The notes beneath the pieces are model-generated. The model was given only the letters and a program-made list of their open reading frames with translations. It was not told the origin of the DNA and made no database searches. A program made the position numbers and the translations under genes. From a virus, in the IMG/VR virus record IMGVR_UViG_3300034200_001443, positions 32,001-96,000 of that record: a stretch of 64,000 nucleotides of DNA, one strand, 5' to 3'. Positions 39,855 to 48,673 of the stretch are shown here, piece after piece. Position 1 is the stretch's first letter; each line of letters opens with the position of its first letter.

Positions 39855-40198
39855 GTATTTAATCCAAACTCTGTATATTCCTCTGGGATATAAAAATCAT
39901 TCCAGCCCAATGCGTAACCTGCTAGTTGTAGGTCAAGCATAATTGGAGCCTCTCTAGAACTATCTTCAATGCTTGAATCAAAGTCCTCTGAACTTTTTAC
40001 ATGCTTTGCGCTCTTCCAAGCATAATGATTTTTAAGAGAAACTAAGGGGAAAGCCATAGGGTAGCTTGAGTTAGGGGCAGACATAGTCTCGAGAGATCGT
40101 GACTGAGGTCTTTTAGATTTTTTAGGGTTCTTCCAAACAACTACAACAAGCTCTGTATCTTTGTAAGTACCTGTTTTGGTTTTATAGAGTCTACTCAT
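39851..40198 (-). CDS. Hypothetical protein
   Basis: ATGA-coupled ORF. Confidence 0.65.
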   Translation of the reverse strand: MSRLYKTKTGTYKDTELVVVVWKNPKKSKRPQSRSLETMSAPNSSYPMAFPLVSLKNHYAWKSAKHVKSSEDFDSSIEDSSREAPIMLDLQLAGYALGWNDFYIPEEYTEFGLNT

Positions 40199-40692
40199 TG
40201 ACTTAGACGCCTTGCCATAGCTCGGTAGGTAACCCCAGCGGCTTCAGCAATGGCTGCGGTAGGCACTCCACGATTTTTTAGCTGCCTAGCAATCTGAGTT
40301 AATTCATTGTTTGCCTGAGCTAGTGGGCTAGTAGGAGAAGTCTTTGCTCTATAACGCTTTGATAGGGCAGATAGCTCACGGAGTCGAATCCTTAGCTCTG
40401 GAGGGACGCCCGGAGAAACAGATCTGAGGCGAGGGGCATGTTTGGTTGGAACTGAGGTTGTAAGAGATTTAGGTGGGGGTAGAGGGAGTGCTCTCAACTG
40501 CTTCACGTCTGGCGCTCTACGAACCCAGAAATGAATAGTGGTCTTAGGCACAGCGGGGCTTAGAGAGCTTCCTATGACTCCTAAGGACCATCCAGCTTTC
40601 CACAGTCCGCGTAGGCGGGACTCCATCTCTGAGCGTGTGAGCGTAGAGAGGAACATAACCTCCTCTATGGGAAGTTTTGGTGGATTAAGCAT
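40195..40692 (-). CDS. Double helix-turn-helix DNA-binding protein heading the structural operon
   Basis: GWSLGVIG..PKTTIHFW and GVPTAAIAEAAGVTYRAMARRL. Confidence 0.75.
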   Translation of the reverse strand: MLNPPKLPIEEVMFLSTLTRSEMESRLRGLWKAGWSLGVIGSSLSPAVPKTTIHFWVRRAPDVKQLRALPLPPPKSLTTSVPTKHAPRLRSVSPGVPPELRIRLRELSALSKRYRAKTSPTSPLAQANNELTQIARQLKNRGVPTAAIAEAAGVTYRAMARRLSQ

Positions 40693-40844
40693 GGTCCTAT
40701 TGTACCGACTTTTTAAAGGGTGTACGAAAAGATAGTCTGCCTAATCTTGTACGGAATAGCTAAATATATGAACCTTTCCATATTTTGCTTTTGACCCCGG
40801 AGAAGGATATGTATGTTTTTGGCAATTCTGCAAATCGTTCCGGG

Positions 40845-41190
40845 CCTTTTTTCTAAAAAAATCTTTTTATTTTTTACCCCCTAAAAATAATCTTTTTTAC
40901 TATAAAAAAACCTAAAGACAAAGCAAGGAACTAATTTTTTATTGTTTTTTAGGTTATTTTTAAAGATCTTTATTATTTCTTTTTTCTTAATCCTTTTTAT
41001 TTTTTAATTTCTTAAAAGCTTTTTTTTTTTTTTTTATTTTTAAACATTTAACTCTTACTCACTAGTAACTTACTTACTAGTAATTTACTTACTAGTAACT
41101 TATTGAGTCTTATAAACTACTCACTAGTAACTTAGTGGGTCTTATAGAAAAAAGTTACTGACTAGTAACCCTCTAAAACTATAACTAGTC
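40845..41190. repeat. T-rich tract plus five 15-bp (T/C)TACTnACTAGTAA(C/T) repeats (origin- or terminus-like)
   Basis: Copies at 41055, 41070, 41085 (tandem), 41117 and 41155; T16 run at 41020-41035. Confidence 0.85.
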
Positions 41191-41214
41191 ATCTATAAAA
41201 AATCTTGTTTAGAC

Positions 41215-41244
41215 TTGCAAAAGTGCAGGAAAGTAGGGTATCTT
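41215..41244 (+). promoter_or_regulatory. Sigma70-type promoter with GCAGGAAAGTAG spacer motif
   Basis: TTGCAA-18-TATCTT. Confidence 0.7.
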
Positions 41245-41290
41245 TTACTTATTGGAGCAAGGGGCTTCAATAACACAAAGGGAGAAACAA

Positions 41291-41551
41291 ATGTCTTATG
41301 GAGTATCAATAACAGTTAAATACACAGAAACAACTTCAACAGGAACTATCACTAAAGAAACAAACTACAACTTCCATGTTGATACCGCATCAGGTGCAAG
41401 TGACTTAATCTCACAGACCGCAAAGAATGCAAAGGAAATGAATGCAGTTGTTCAAGAAGTAAAGGTCACAGAAGAGAACCAAAACTCTTATGAGAACCCT
41501 TACCGCAAATTATCAGACGGCGAAATCTTGGACTTACTCCTAACCAAGTAA
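41291..41551 (+). CDS. Hypothetical early protein
   Basis: AAGGGAG RBS before ATG 41291; flanked by promoter and terminator. Confidence 0.75.
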   Translation: MSYGVSITVKYTETTSTGTITKETNYNFHVDTASGASDLISQTAKNAKEMNAVVQEVKVTEENQNSYENPYRKLSDGEILDLLLTK

Positions 41552-41562
41552 CCGCAAGACTT

Positions 41563-41595
41563 AGCCCCCCTATCCAAGGGGGGCTTTTTCTTTTT
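41563..41595 (+). terminator. Intrinsic terminator
   Basis: AGCCCCCC..GGGGGGCT followed by a T run. Confidence 0.8.
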
Positions 41596-41628
41596 CAAGA
41601 CACACCGCAAAAGCTTTTACTTTTGATC

Positions 41629-41658
41629 TTGACAAAGTGCAGGAAAGTAGGTTATTCT
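41629..41658 (+). promoter_or_regulatory. Promoter with spacer motif
   Basis: TTGACA-aagtGCAGGAAAGTAGgt-TATTCT. Confidence 0.8.
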
Positions 41659-41702
41659 TTTCCTAGTGAGGTCAAGGGGACTTCACAAAAGGGAGAAATA
41701 AA

Positions 41703-41975
41703 ATGACAACACTAGCAATGACCGCAACACTAGAAATCACTCCAGTTCAATTATCTTTAATTGAAATGGCGCTACAAATTGAAATCGATACTTACGGCAA
41801 CAAAACTAAAATGCAAATGACTAGAGAACCTGCTCTCCGTATCTTCTCTCGTCTTATTGGTGACCCTCTACATCTTCCAAAGTTTAGAGGACTACAGGGA
41901 CGCAAGGACGCTCTTGCAATAGTTAAAGACTTCCTCATGCAACTTGAGGACGGCAGGGCTACCGTAGTGAAGTAG
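41703..41975 (+). CDS. Hypothetical early protein
   Basis: GGGAG RBS; cassette structure. Confidence 0.75.
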   Translation: MTTLAMTATLEITPVQLSLIEMALQIEIDTYGNKTKMQMTREPALRIFSRLIGDPLHLPKFRGLQGRKDALAIVKDFLMQLEDGRATVVK

Positions 41976-41987
41976 CCAACTCCCTAG

Positions 41988-42020
41988 AGAACCCCCCTAG
42001 AAATAGGGGGGTTTTTCTTT
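41988..42020 (+). terminator. Intrinsic terminator
   Basis: ACCCCCCTA-GAAA-TAGGGGGGT followed by a T run. Confidence 0.85.
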
Positions 42021-42030
42021 TGGCGTGTTG

Positions 42031-42059
42031 TTGCAAAATGCAGGAAGGTAGGTTATTAT
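42031..42059 (+). promoter_or_regulatory. Promoter with spacer motif
   Basis: TTGCAA-17-TATTAT containing GCAGGAAGGTAGG. Confidence 0.75.
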
Positions 42060-42103
42060 TTTCTTAGTGGGAAACCAATTACCACTATAGGGAGAGAGAC
42101 AAA

Positions 42104-42445
42104 ATGAAAACAGCAATTAAATTAACAACAGAGGGCAAGGCTTCTTTGATCGACTTAACCGCAGATAGCAACGAACTTGTAACACTTCAAATGGCGGTAG
42201 GTGGATACATTGAAGCAAAAACTCTTGAAGGTGGTTACACACTTTTTATGAACGAAGAAGGAAAGTTAATGCAACTTCCAATTAACGAAAGAGCAACCGA
42301 AATTTGGTTAGCCAACTTTCCTAACTTCCCAGATGTAATTGTGGGAGATGTAGTTATCGCAGGTGGAACAGATGATGAAGGCGAGCAACTAGGTCTTGAC
42401 TCTGACTATGCTGACCGCTTGTTGGAACTTTTTGCACAAGCATAA
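42104..42445 (+). CDS. DUF3846-like protein
   Basis: LQMAVGGYIE..NEEGKL..LPINERAT..IVGDVVI. Confidence 0.8.
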   Translation: MKTAIKLTTEGKASLIDLTADSNELVTLQMAVGGYIEAKTLEGGYTLFMNEEGKLMQLPINERATEIWLANFPNFPDVIVGDVVIAGGTDDEGEQLGLDSDYADRLLELFAQA

Positions 42446-42457
42446 GAACTAAAGCAA

Positions 42458-42490
42458 AGAACCCCCTACCAAAAGGCAGGGGGTTTTTTG
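42458..42490. terminator. Bidirectional intrinsic terminator between convergent genes
   Basis: ACCCCCT..AGGGGGT with A/T flanks. Confidence 0.7.
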
Positions 42491-42500
42491 TTGTCTTTAT

Positions 42501-42929
42501 TTAAGGAAGAACTCCAACGCTCTCACCTTGAAAAAGATAAGCCAAGACTTCTTCATCAAAGCAACCGCATTCATCAAGTCCCTTGGACTTTCTGAAAGCA
42601 TTGATCGCTTCAACTGCTCCTTCTTCAAGACGACCAAACTTATCGTTCATTACTGAACTAAAGCCTAAATCACTCAACCGAAGTTGAACTGTCTTGACTG
42701 ACTCGGAGTTGCCTTCATAAGCATTTACTTTTAATGCAGAAAGATAAACATACTTTTCAGGATTAGCTTGAAAAGTTGGGGCTTTCTTTTCTTTCTTTGG
42801 TTCTTCTTTTACTGCTACTGGTTTAACTTCTTCAACCTCTACTGGCTTGGACTCGAAAGAGAGCGCTTGCTCATTAGTTGAAGGTGCTACAGAACCAAGC
42901 AACGGCATAAGATTTTCTTGCTCGCTCAT
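42501..42929 (-). CDS. Protein with C-terminal peptidoglycan-binding (PG_binding_1-like) domain
   Basis: VKTVQLRLSDLGF..G....AINAFRKSKGL..G; start moved to MSEQEN (42929). Confidence 0.65.
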   Translation of the reverse strand: MSEQENLMPLLGSVAPSTNEQALSFESKPVEVEEVKPVAVKEEPKKEKKAPTFQANPEKYVYLSALKVNAYEGNSESVKTVQLRLSDLGFSSVMNDKFGRLEEGAVEAINAFRKSKGLDECGCFDEEVLAYLFQGESVGVLP

Positions 42930-42933
42930 AGTC

Positions 42934-43533
42934 TCACTTCTTTTCTGTGGGGAAATTGCCAAGCCATTGTTTGAACTTAGCGTAGTGACTTCCACTACTA
43001 CTAGTATAAGCGTCTTTACCTATGTGCCATGCTCTCCAAACCTCTCCACCTTGACTCATGTGGAAAGCAATTTGAGCATTTACAACAGGGTTAAACAAAT
43101 CTGCATTATGGGAAAGATCAAACTTCTCTCGTCTATCCTCTCCAAGACTGTTTATCATGTTGATTTGGAAGATACCGTAGGAGTTATCTCCTGTGAGAGT
43201 GTTTCCATTGAAGGCTAGGGGGCGACCATTACTTTCTTTCTTGGCTATTGCCCAAGCTTCTTTTAGTTCTTGACCTTCAAAGCCAACTGCTTCTAAAAGC
43301 CACACCAACTCAATGTCGGTAAGGTTGGTCTTGTTTTCAAAGTAGGACAGAGGCTTAGTCTTTTTGACTGGCTCTAACTGAACTACTGCTACTGCTTGCG
43401 TTGCCACTTGCTCTGTTGCGACAACCTCTTGGACTTTATTCTCTACCGCTACTGCTACTGCTCCTGATGATAGAACTATCATGAGCGACAACAGCGCCAG
43501 CACCTTTTCAGGGGTCTTTAGAGTTGGGTTCAT
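42934..43533 (-). CDS. Secreted lytic transglycosylase (SLT/lysozyme-like)
   Basis: Signal-peptide-like N-terminus; AIAKKESNG (catalytic Glu), SYGIFQIN, LFNPVVNA, W..W. Confidence 0.85.
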   Translation of the reverse strand: MNPTLKTPEKVLALLSLMIVLSSGAVAVAVENKVQEVVATEQVATQAVAVVQLEPVKKTKPLSYFENKTNLTDIELVWLLEAVGFEGQELKEAWAIAKKESNGRPLAFNGNTLTGDNSYGIFQINMINSLGEDRREKFDLSHNADLFNPVVNAQIAFHMSQGGEVWRAWHIGKDAYTSSSGSHYAKFKQWLGNFPTEKK

Positions 43534-43672
43534 TTGGTTTTTCCTTTGTTAGGTTACGGGGACAAGGTTGCTAACTGAGCCAACCCGACCATCGCCTCTT
43601 AGGGGATAGCCTTACTTCAAGTGTCTAATTCGTAAATCTCCTTGTGTCGTTAGTTCTTACTGTATAAACTCT

Positions 43673-43702
43673 AGCATAAATGCAGGAAAGTCCACTCGTC
43701 AA
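43673..43702 (-). promoter_or_regulatory. Promoter for the SLT gene; spacer motif in inverted orientation
   Basis: TTGACG-18-TATGCT on the minus strand; GCAGGAAAG reads on the plus strand. Confidence 0.6.
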
Positions 43703-44010
43703 ATCCGCATTAAGCGTGTCTTCAAACTATTTTTTACGCTTAAAAACCCTGCTGAGCGTGCTAGATCTATAAAAATCCCTAAATGCCCCAAAAAAAGTGC
43801 AGGAAGGACTGTTTTTAGCCCTTCCGCACACTTTTAGAGACTTGCGAGCGCCTAGCGTCTTTCCCTTGCTGAAAGGGTTGCAAGAGCGATAGAACTTAGT
43901 CCAAGAGACAAAACAAGACTGTCTTCTCCTTGTAGTCCAGCAATTATTGAGCCTACGGCAAGTATCATAGAGATTACCGCAGTCCAAACAACTCTTTTTA
44001 GATCCATTTT

Positions 44011-44241
44011 TTACCTCTTTCTTTTTTTATTAGAAGGTTTCTTTTTTGGCTCTGCTTTTTTTCCAGTAGGACTCGTCCTACCAACTAGCCTTGCAGAAGG
44101 GTCTCTAGCCTCTACCCCTTTTGAATAGACGGCTTTTCTTGCAGTTCGGTAGGCAACCCCTAACTCTTTAGCGACTGCCTCCATAGATAGACCGCTCTTA
44201 TAAAGCTTTACTGCTTCGTCTTGAATACTAGCGACTTTCAA
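44011..44241 (-). CDS. Small HTH DNA-binding protein
   Basis: LYKSGLSMEAVAKELGVAYRTARK; basic tail. Confidence 0.8.
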   Translation of the reverse strand: MKVASIQDEAVKLYKSGLSMEAVAKELGVAYRTARKAVYSKGVEARDPSARLVGRTSPTGKKAEPKKKPSNKKRKR

Positions 44242-44413
44242 CTTTATCTCTCCTTAGTCTAGAGATTTCTCCTTCAAGAAATCTTATCTTTTCATTTTTC
44301 TTGTTTATTACTCGGTGCAACTGACCTTGCGCCCTGATACCAACAACCATAACAAAGCAAGAGCCAGCGAGCGCAATAATTATTGCGAGCATTGTTCCTG
44401 TATCTAAAACCAT
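44228..44413 (-). CDS. Small membrane protein
   Basis: One TM helix plus a coiled coil; GGAGG RBS. Confidence 0.65.
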   Translation of the reverse strand: MVLDTGTMLAIIIALAGSCFVMVVGIRAQGQLHRVINKKNEKIRFLEGEISRLRRDKVESR

Positions 44414-44416
44414 TTT

Positions 44417-44584
44417 CTACCTCCTTACGCTTCTAGGGTCTACCTGTTTTGTCCCCTGACAAAATCCACACTCTTCCGCATGGGCATAACCTAAAGCCCC
44501 AACTAGATTAGATACTCCGCAAGACCTCATCAACAGACAGGCGAACTCTTGGTCGGTAAGTCCTGCTTGTAAATCATCAGCCAT
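44417..44584 (-). CDS. Hypothetical Cys/His protein
   Basis: ATG 44584; C..C..H..CxxC. Confidence 0.5.
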   Translation of the reverse strand: MADDLQAGLTDQEFACLLMRSCGVSNLVGALGYAHAEECGFCQGTKQVDPRSVRR

Positions 44585-44743
44585 TTTTAGCCTCTTCTTT
44601 TTCAAATTGAATTGCTTTATCTAAATCTATGTCGCAATAAGGGATACCCTTGTAAATTGTTATAGGTATCTCACTTGTATCTGCCCAGCAAACTTCGCAA
44701 GACTCCAACCCCGTGTATGGACTTGGGTGTTTAACTTTTTTAC

Positions 44744-44959
44744 TCATACCAAAATCCCTTCTAATCCTTCGTCATTTCCAAAGTCGCTTGGACTTATTAA
44801 ATCCAGCCACTCCCTAAATAAATAAACCAAACCTTCCTGCTCATTATTCCTTTTCTCAACAAGTCCCTCGTATAAGAAATAGGCTTGATCTTCTACTAAA
44901 TCTTCATAGGTTTCATAAGCTTCAATAAGCCGTAACTCTTCTAGCGTATAGGTTGGCAT
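44744..44959 (-). CDS. Hypothetical acidic protein
   Basis: GGGGTAAAAATG junction at the start. Confidence 0.6.
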   Translation of the reverse strand: MPTYTLEELRLIEAYETYEDLVEDQAYFLYEGLVEKRNNEQEGLVYLFREWLDLISPSDFGNDEGLEGILV

Positions 44960-44961
44960 TT

Positions 44962-45195
44962 TTACCCCTGCTCTTTAGTAAAGAGAAACGCAAAACCCGG
45001 ACCATTACCTTCGGGGTCTTGGGATAAACATAAGCCTTCGCCATTATCGAACTCTAAGAAAGGAATTGGCTCATGGGCTGAAACTTCCCACCCCAACTCT
45101 TCTGCTTCTTCGGCAGTAGCATTTCTAACTTTTATGAGAGTCGCCCCTACGAGCGACCCCCACTCCTTCTCTAAGTATTTCGATAGGTCGCTCAT
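44962..45195 (-). CDS. Hypothetical protein (SQDPEGNGPGF motif)
   Basis: ATGA-coupled start at 45195. Confidence 0.7.
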   Translation of the reverse strand: MSDLSKYLEKEWGSLVGATLIKVRNATAEEAEELGWEVSAHEPIPFLEFDNGEGLCLSQDPEGNGPGFAFLFTKEQG

Positions 45196-45380
45196 GGGTA
45201 TAACAAATCTAGGCAAAATTGGTTCATCTGCTCTGTTGGAACTTTGCACTCATCAGGTGTTGTTGCGTCATTAGCCCAAGCAAACAAACCTAGCAAGATA
45301 ACGCCAACGGCAATTCGGCGTCTAATAAACTTTGCTTCTGTTTTCACTTTGTCCCTGCTTTCTGTGACTCCCTTAGCCAC
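45192..45380 (-). CDS. Small membrane protein
   Basis: One TM helix; C..C; -10-like box 7 nt before the GTG start. Confidence 0.6.
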   Translation of the reverse strand: MAKGVTESRDKVKTEAKFIRRRIAVGVILLGLFAWANDATTPDECKVPTEQMNQFCLDLLYP

Positions 45381-45725
45381 TAGTAGAACTTTACACTACT
45401 TTCCTGCTTTTTTCTACTTTCCTGCTTTTTCCTTCTCTTTGGCGTGTCGCTTGGCTTCCTCTAGCAACTCCTCGAAACTTCTAAAGTCCTGCTCGAAAGA
45501 ACTCCAACTCTGTGCCAAAACTTTCTCTTTTCTTTTTGAGGAACTAATACGGCGTGATTTTTTAGTAAGTCTCTTTACAGTTCCGTAAATTGCACTATCA
45601 GGCAAACCCCACATTTTTTACCCCTTCCCTTAGTTAAGACTTAGTAGGGAGTCGTATTGTTTCCGCCCCTTGCAAGTTCTAGGCGTTCAGGTGACCAGCG
45701 ACTTCCCCCTACTAAGTTAAAAGAA

Positions 45726-45754
45726 ATAATACACGACTTCCCTGACATTTTCAA
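45726..45754 (-). promoter_or_regulatory. Promoter with spacer motif variant
   Basis: TTGAAA-atgTCAGGGAAGTCGtg-TATTAT. Confidence 0.7.
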
Positions 45755-45849
45755 ATTGACCGCACACGACACGCCAAGCCCCAAGTTCCCACACTTTTGT
45801 TTTTAGATAGAATAAAATTAAGACACAAGCCAAGAGAAAGGGAACTCAA

Positions 45850-45972
45850 ATGGCAAGAGTAAAAGCAAGAGAAGTAATGATTTGGATAAATTGCTATCGG
45901 TGTGGAGAGCAATTCCAAATTAGACAGATAGATTATTACCGCAACCTAATTTGTAATGGTTGCTTAAAATGA
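45850..45972 (+). CDS. 40-aa Zn-ribbon peptide
   Basis: AAGGGAA RBS; CYRC..CNGC (manual translation). Confidence 0.5.
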   Translation: MARVKAREVMIWINCYRCGEQFQIRQIDYYRNLICNGCLK

Positions 45973-46045
45973 ATTGCCAAACCGCAAAATGGCTTTATGA
46001 GATTTACGGATACGGAAAAGCTCATGAGTGCGAAAAGTGTTCAAA

Positions 46046-46074
46046 TTGAGAAATGCAGGAAAGTAGTGTATCGT
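46046..46074 (+). promoter_or_regulatory. Promoter with spacer motif
   Basis: TTGAGA-aatGCAGGAAAGTAGtg-TATCGT. Confidence 0.7.
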
Positions 46075-46125
46075 TAAGCCAGTTGGTTAATCATAGGGAA
46101 TAACCACACTAACAAAGGGAAACAA

Positions 46126-46458
46126 ATGCCAGTTGCAAGTCGTGAAGTAATTGAGGAACAAATAGAAAACGCAGATAGAAGTCTTGCAGTTCTTTCTATC
46201 TTTGCTATGAACTACCACCTAGACCTTTCCAAATGGGAAAGCTTTGCAGATGACGCAGAGAATAATTATCTCGGTAACTATGGAAGTCGTAGAACCTTTG
46301 CAGAGAATTATGCAGACCGCATTGGGATACTAAACTCAGGGGGCAACGGACAAATAGAAACTCTTGCTCGTTATTTTAACTATGACCTTTGGGTGCATAA
46401 CCTTTTCCAAGACGGAACAGTTTGGGAACATGAAGGTCATTACTTCCAAGCTCTTTAA
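46126..46458 (+). CDS. ardA: ArdA-like anti-restriction protein (C-terminal domains)
   Basis: YLGNYGS..FAENYAD...LARYFNYD.W..NL....V...GHYF matches the ArdA C-terminal consensus. Confidence 0.65.
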   Translation: MPVASREVIEEQIENADRSLAVLSIFAMNYHLDLSKWESFADDAENNYLGNYGSRRTFAENYADRIGILNSGGNGQIETLARYFNYDLWVHNLFQDGTVWEHEGHYFQAL

Positions 46459-46468
46459 GAAGTGAGAG

Positions 46469-46499
46469 TAGCCCCCCAAGAAATTGGGGGGTTATTTTT
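46469..46499. terminator. Terminator between convergent genes
   Basis: GCCCCCCAA-GAAA-TTGGGGGGT. Confidence 0.8.
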
Positions 46500-47067
46500 A
46501 TTCTCGGTATTGAGTTAAGAGGTAAAAAGGCTCGGCAGTTTTATTATCAAACTTTGAAGATACGGCGAGCGCAGTTTTAATTCCTGATCTTGCATTAGTT
46601 AAAGTTCTTTTCTTTCCTTCTGATAAAGCATTAAGAACACCTAAAGCATAAGCTGAACCTGAACCTACCGCATAAGCCCCGACAGTATCGTGACACCAAG
46701 AGAAGTCTTCGCCTATCTCATAAACAGTTCCATTAACTAAAACAATTATTTGGCTTTCGTGTTCCCCGTCCTTTGAGTATGAGGATTCCTCAAAACACTT
46801 CTTAAGTTCAGGGATAAAGACGGCAGTAATAAACTTATCTAGTTTTACCCCTAGAGTCGAAACAGTGCAGACAGGTGGCTTAAAGACATGAGCCAACAAG
46901 TTAATAGCCCGCACATCACCAGCTACTCCAATTATGTAATTTCCATTCTTAAAAACTTTCCCATTATCTTTCGGCAGAATGTAACTACGCCCGTCCTCTT
47001 CTGAAACCCTAGAGTCATAGCCAATAACTGACCAGCCTTCACCCTGAACCGCAGCTATTGTTGTCAC
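46498..47067 (-). CDS. HslV/proteasome-beta-like Ntn protease
   Basis: N-terminal MTTI, YDSRVS, GVAGD, AVGSGSAYALG. Confidence 0.85.
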   Translation of the reverse strand: MTTIAAVQGEGWSVIGYDSRVSEEDGRSYILPKDNGKVFKNGNYIIGVAGDVRAINLLAHVFKPPVCTVSTLGVKLDKFITAVFIPELKKCFEESSYSKDGEHESQIIVLVNGTVYEIGEDFSWCHDTVGAYAVGSGSAYALGVLNALSEGKKRTLTNARSGIKTALAVSSKFDNKTAEPFYLLTQYRE

Positions 47068-47079
47068 TTCAATCCTTAC

Positions 47080-47325
47080 CTAGTAGTTAAAATTATCCCA
47101 TAATTCATCACGCAAGGCGTATTCATACCTATCGGCAACCATAGAGTTTTTACCCCCTATGTCCTCACTTTCAATAAGTTTATCTAGTGAAAGAACCGCA
47201 GTGTATTCTTCGTCTTCAAACATGATTACTAACTTTGTATCTCCCTCGGCAGGATCATCAACTATAGCCACGACATACGGAGCGTTAGTTCCATTAGAGT
47301 GATAAACCTTTTGCACAATTTCCAT
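47080..47325 (-). CDS. Hypothetical protein
   Basis: YHSNG..PY.VAIV; TATTCT 7 nt before ATG. Confidence 0.65.
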   Translation of the reverse strand: MEIVQKVYHSNGTNAPYVVAIVDDPAEGDTKLVIMFEDEEYTAVLSLDKLIESEDIGGKNSMVADRYEYALRDELWDNFNY

Positions 47326-47415
47326 ACTCTAAAGAATAACCGCATCCAGCTTTCCTGATTTTTACCCCCCAAAAAGAAACCCCCCACTTTTCGGTGAGGG
47401 GCTTAGAGAGTTTTA

Positions 47416-47652
47416 TTATGCTTCTCCCCATAGTTCTTCTAGGGTGTCGGGTTCATAGGGGTCGCCCATTTCTTCCTTCTCCTTTTCGAAAGTCCAAGCG
47501 TGTCCGCACTCGCACTTTACTTCTGAGGATACATTTCCCCAGTCGTCTGTCATAAAGTCTTCTTCCCAAGCCTTACCGCACTCATAGCACTCTACTTCTA
47601 GAGTTACATCTTCGGCGTATATACCTGAGCCCTTCATACTTCCTTCGCTCAT
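47416..47652 (-). CDS. Zn-ribbon acidic protein
   Basis: CYECG..CECG; own promoter (47683-47711) and terminator (47376-47405). Confidence 0.7.
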   Translation of the reverse strand: MSEGSMKGSGIYAEDVTLEVECYECGKAWEEDFMTDDWGNVSSEVKCECGHAWTFEKEKEEMGDPYEPDTLEELWGEA

Positions 47653-47682
47653 TTTCTTTCTCCCTTCTGAGCAAGTGTTTTA

Positions 47683-47711
47683 ATTCTACACTACCTACCT
47701 GACATTTTCAA
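47683..47711 (-). promoter_or_regulatory. Promoter with spacer motif variant
   Basis: TTGAAA-atgTCAGGTAGGTAGtg-TAGAAT. Confidence 0.7.
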
Positions 47712-47866
47712 TAGGGACACTTCACCCCTGCTAGGGAGGCAAGGGTAAAGTGCGATAGGCATTGGAATACCTATCTCATCAGGGAGCGATAGGAAGGGAA
47801 TCCGCGCTACTACCTGGACTCCTATTCTAGCACCTACGATTTACCGCAAAAAACTTTTTACCCCTC

Positions 47867-48178
47867 TTAACCATTAAAACAATCAGGACACTCTAACTCT
47901 CTAACCGCACCAGCTACTTCACTATTAACTTTCCCTCTTCCGTAACAAGTCTCGCAATTAGGGTCACCTTCATCTAAGACTCCTATGTGATTACAAACCG
48001 CTTCTACATCCCACCCGTAGTGATGCTTCATTAACGCCTTTGCACTTCTAAGACAAGCGTCTTCATACACTTCGCCCTTTTCTACATCTTCTTCTCTTAC
48101 CGCAACACTTACGATCATAGAGAAATAATCTCCTATAAAGATTACATTCTTCGGTGTAATTAAATTATCCATAGACAT
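47867..48178 (-). CDS. Hypothetical protein with DnaJ-type CxxCxGxG Zn finger
   Basis: CETCYGRG..CPDC. Confidence 0.6.
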   Translation of the reverse strand: MSMDNLITPKNVIFIGDYFSMIVSVAVREEDVEKGEVYEDACLRSAKALMKHHYGWDVEAVCNHIGVLDEGDPNCETCYGRGKVNSEVAGAVRELECPDCFNG

Positions 48179-48248
48179 ACCTTACCGCTTTTTACCCCCA
48201 ACAAACAAGAAACCCCCGCCATTTCTGACGGGGGCTTCCTTTAATTTA

Positions 48249-48473
48249 TTACGCTACCGATACCCATTTAACGGCAGTGCTTAATACATTGTCGTAATCG
48301 CCTGACATACTTTCATCAAGATAAGCATTTATTTCTTCCTGAGAAACTCCTGCCTTTCTAAGTGCGTTAGCGACTCGTCCCATAATTGCAACGGCATTTC
48401 CGTCTTCGCCGACAAGTGCTACTTCAATCTCCGCATACTTTGGTGCATCAATCCCTATAAATTCTCTAGCCAT
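48249..48473 (-). CDS. Conserved hypothetical phage protein
   Basis: LVGEDGNA.AIMGRV..ALRKAG..SGDYD; GGAGG RBS; terminator at 48209-48240. Confidence 0.75.
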   Translation of the reverse strand: MAREFIGIDAPKYAEIEVALVGEDGNAVAIMGRVANALRKAGVSQEEINAYLDESMSGDYDNVLSTAVKWVSVA

Positions 48474-48673
48474 TTTTCCCTCCTTTCGTCCCTAGTGTCT
48501 TTATTATACTCCCGATAACTCTAATTTCAATTCATTTACAATCTTTTCTGCTTCGTGTGCCGTTAAGTATCTAGCCATAGCCCTGATAACTACAATCGGA
48601 TTAGCTCCTGCTTCCAATACTTCGCCGATCACTTTTCTATTAAACTCATACTTATCCAATTCTTTTTCCATTT

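Noticed and set aside
612-39942. Many + strand ORFs opposite the structural genes (e.g. 4005-4880, 16324-16749, 26695-27084)
   Set aside because: They are antisense shadows of long minus-strand genes with recognisable domains.
41055-41169. CRISPR array
   Set aside because: Repeats are 15 bp, mostly abutting, with no unique spacers and no cas genes.
43534-43665. c-di-AMP (ydaO) riboswitch
   Set aside because: I could not find the conserved ydaO elements in the right order on the coding strand; kept only as an unknown structured leader.
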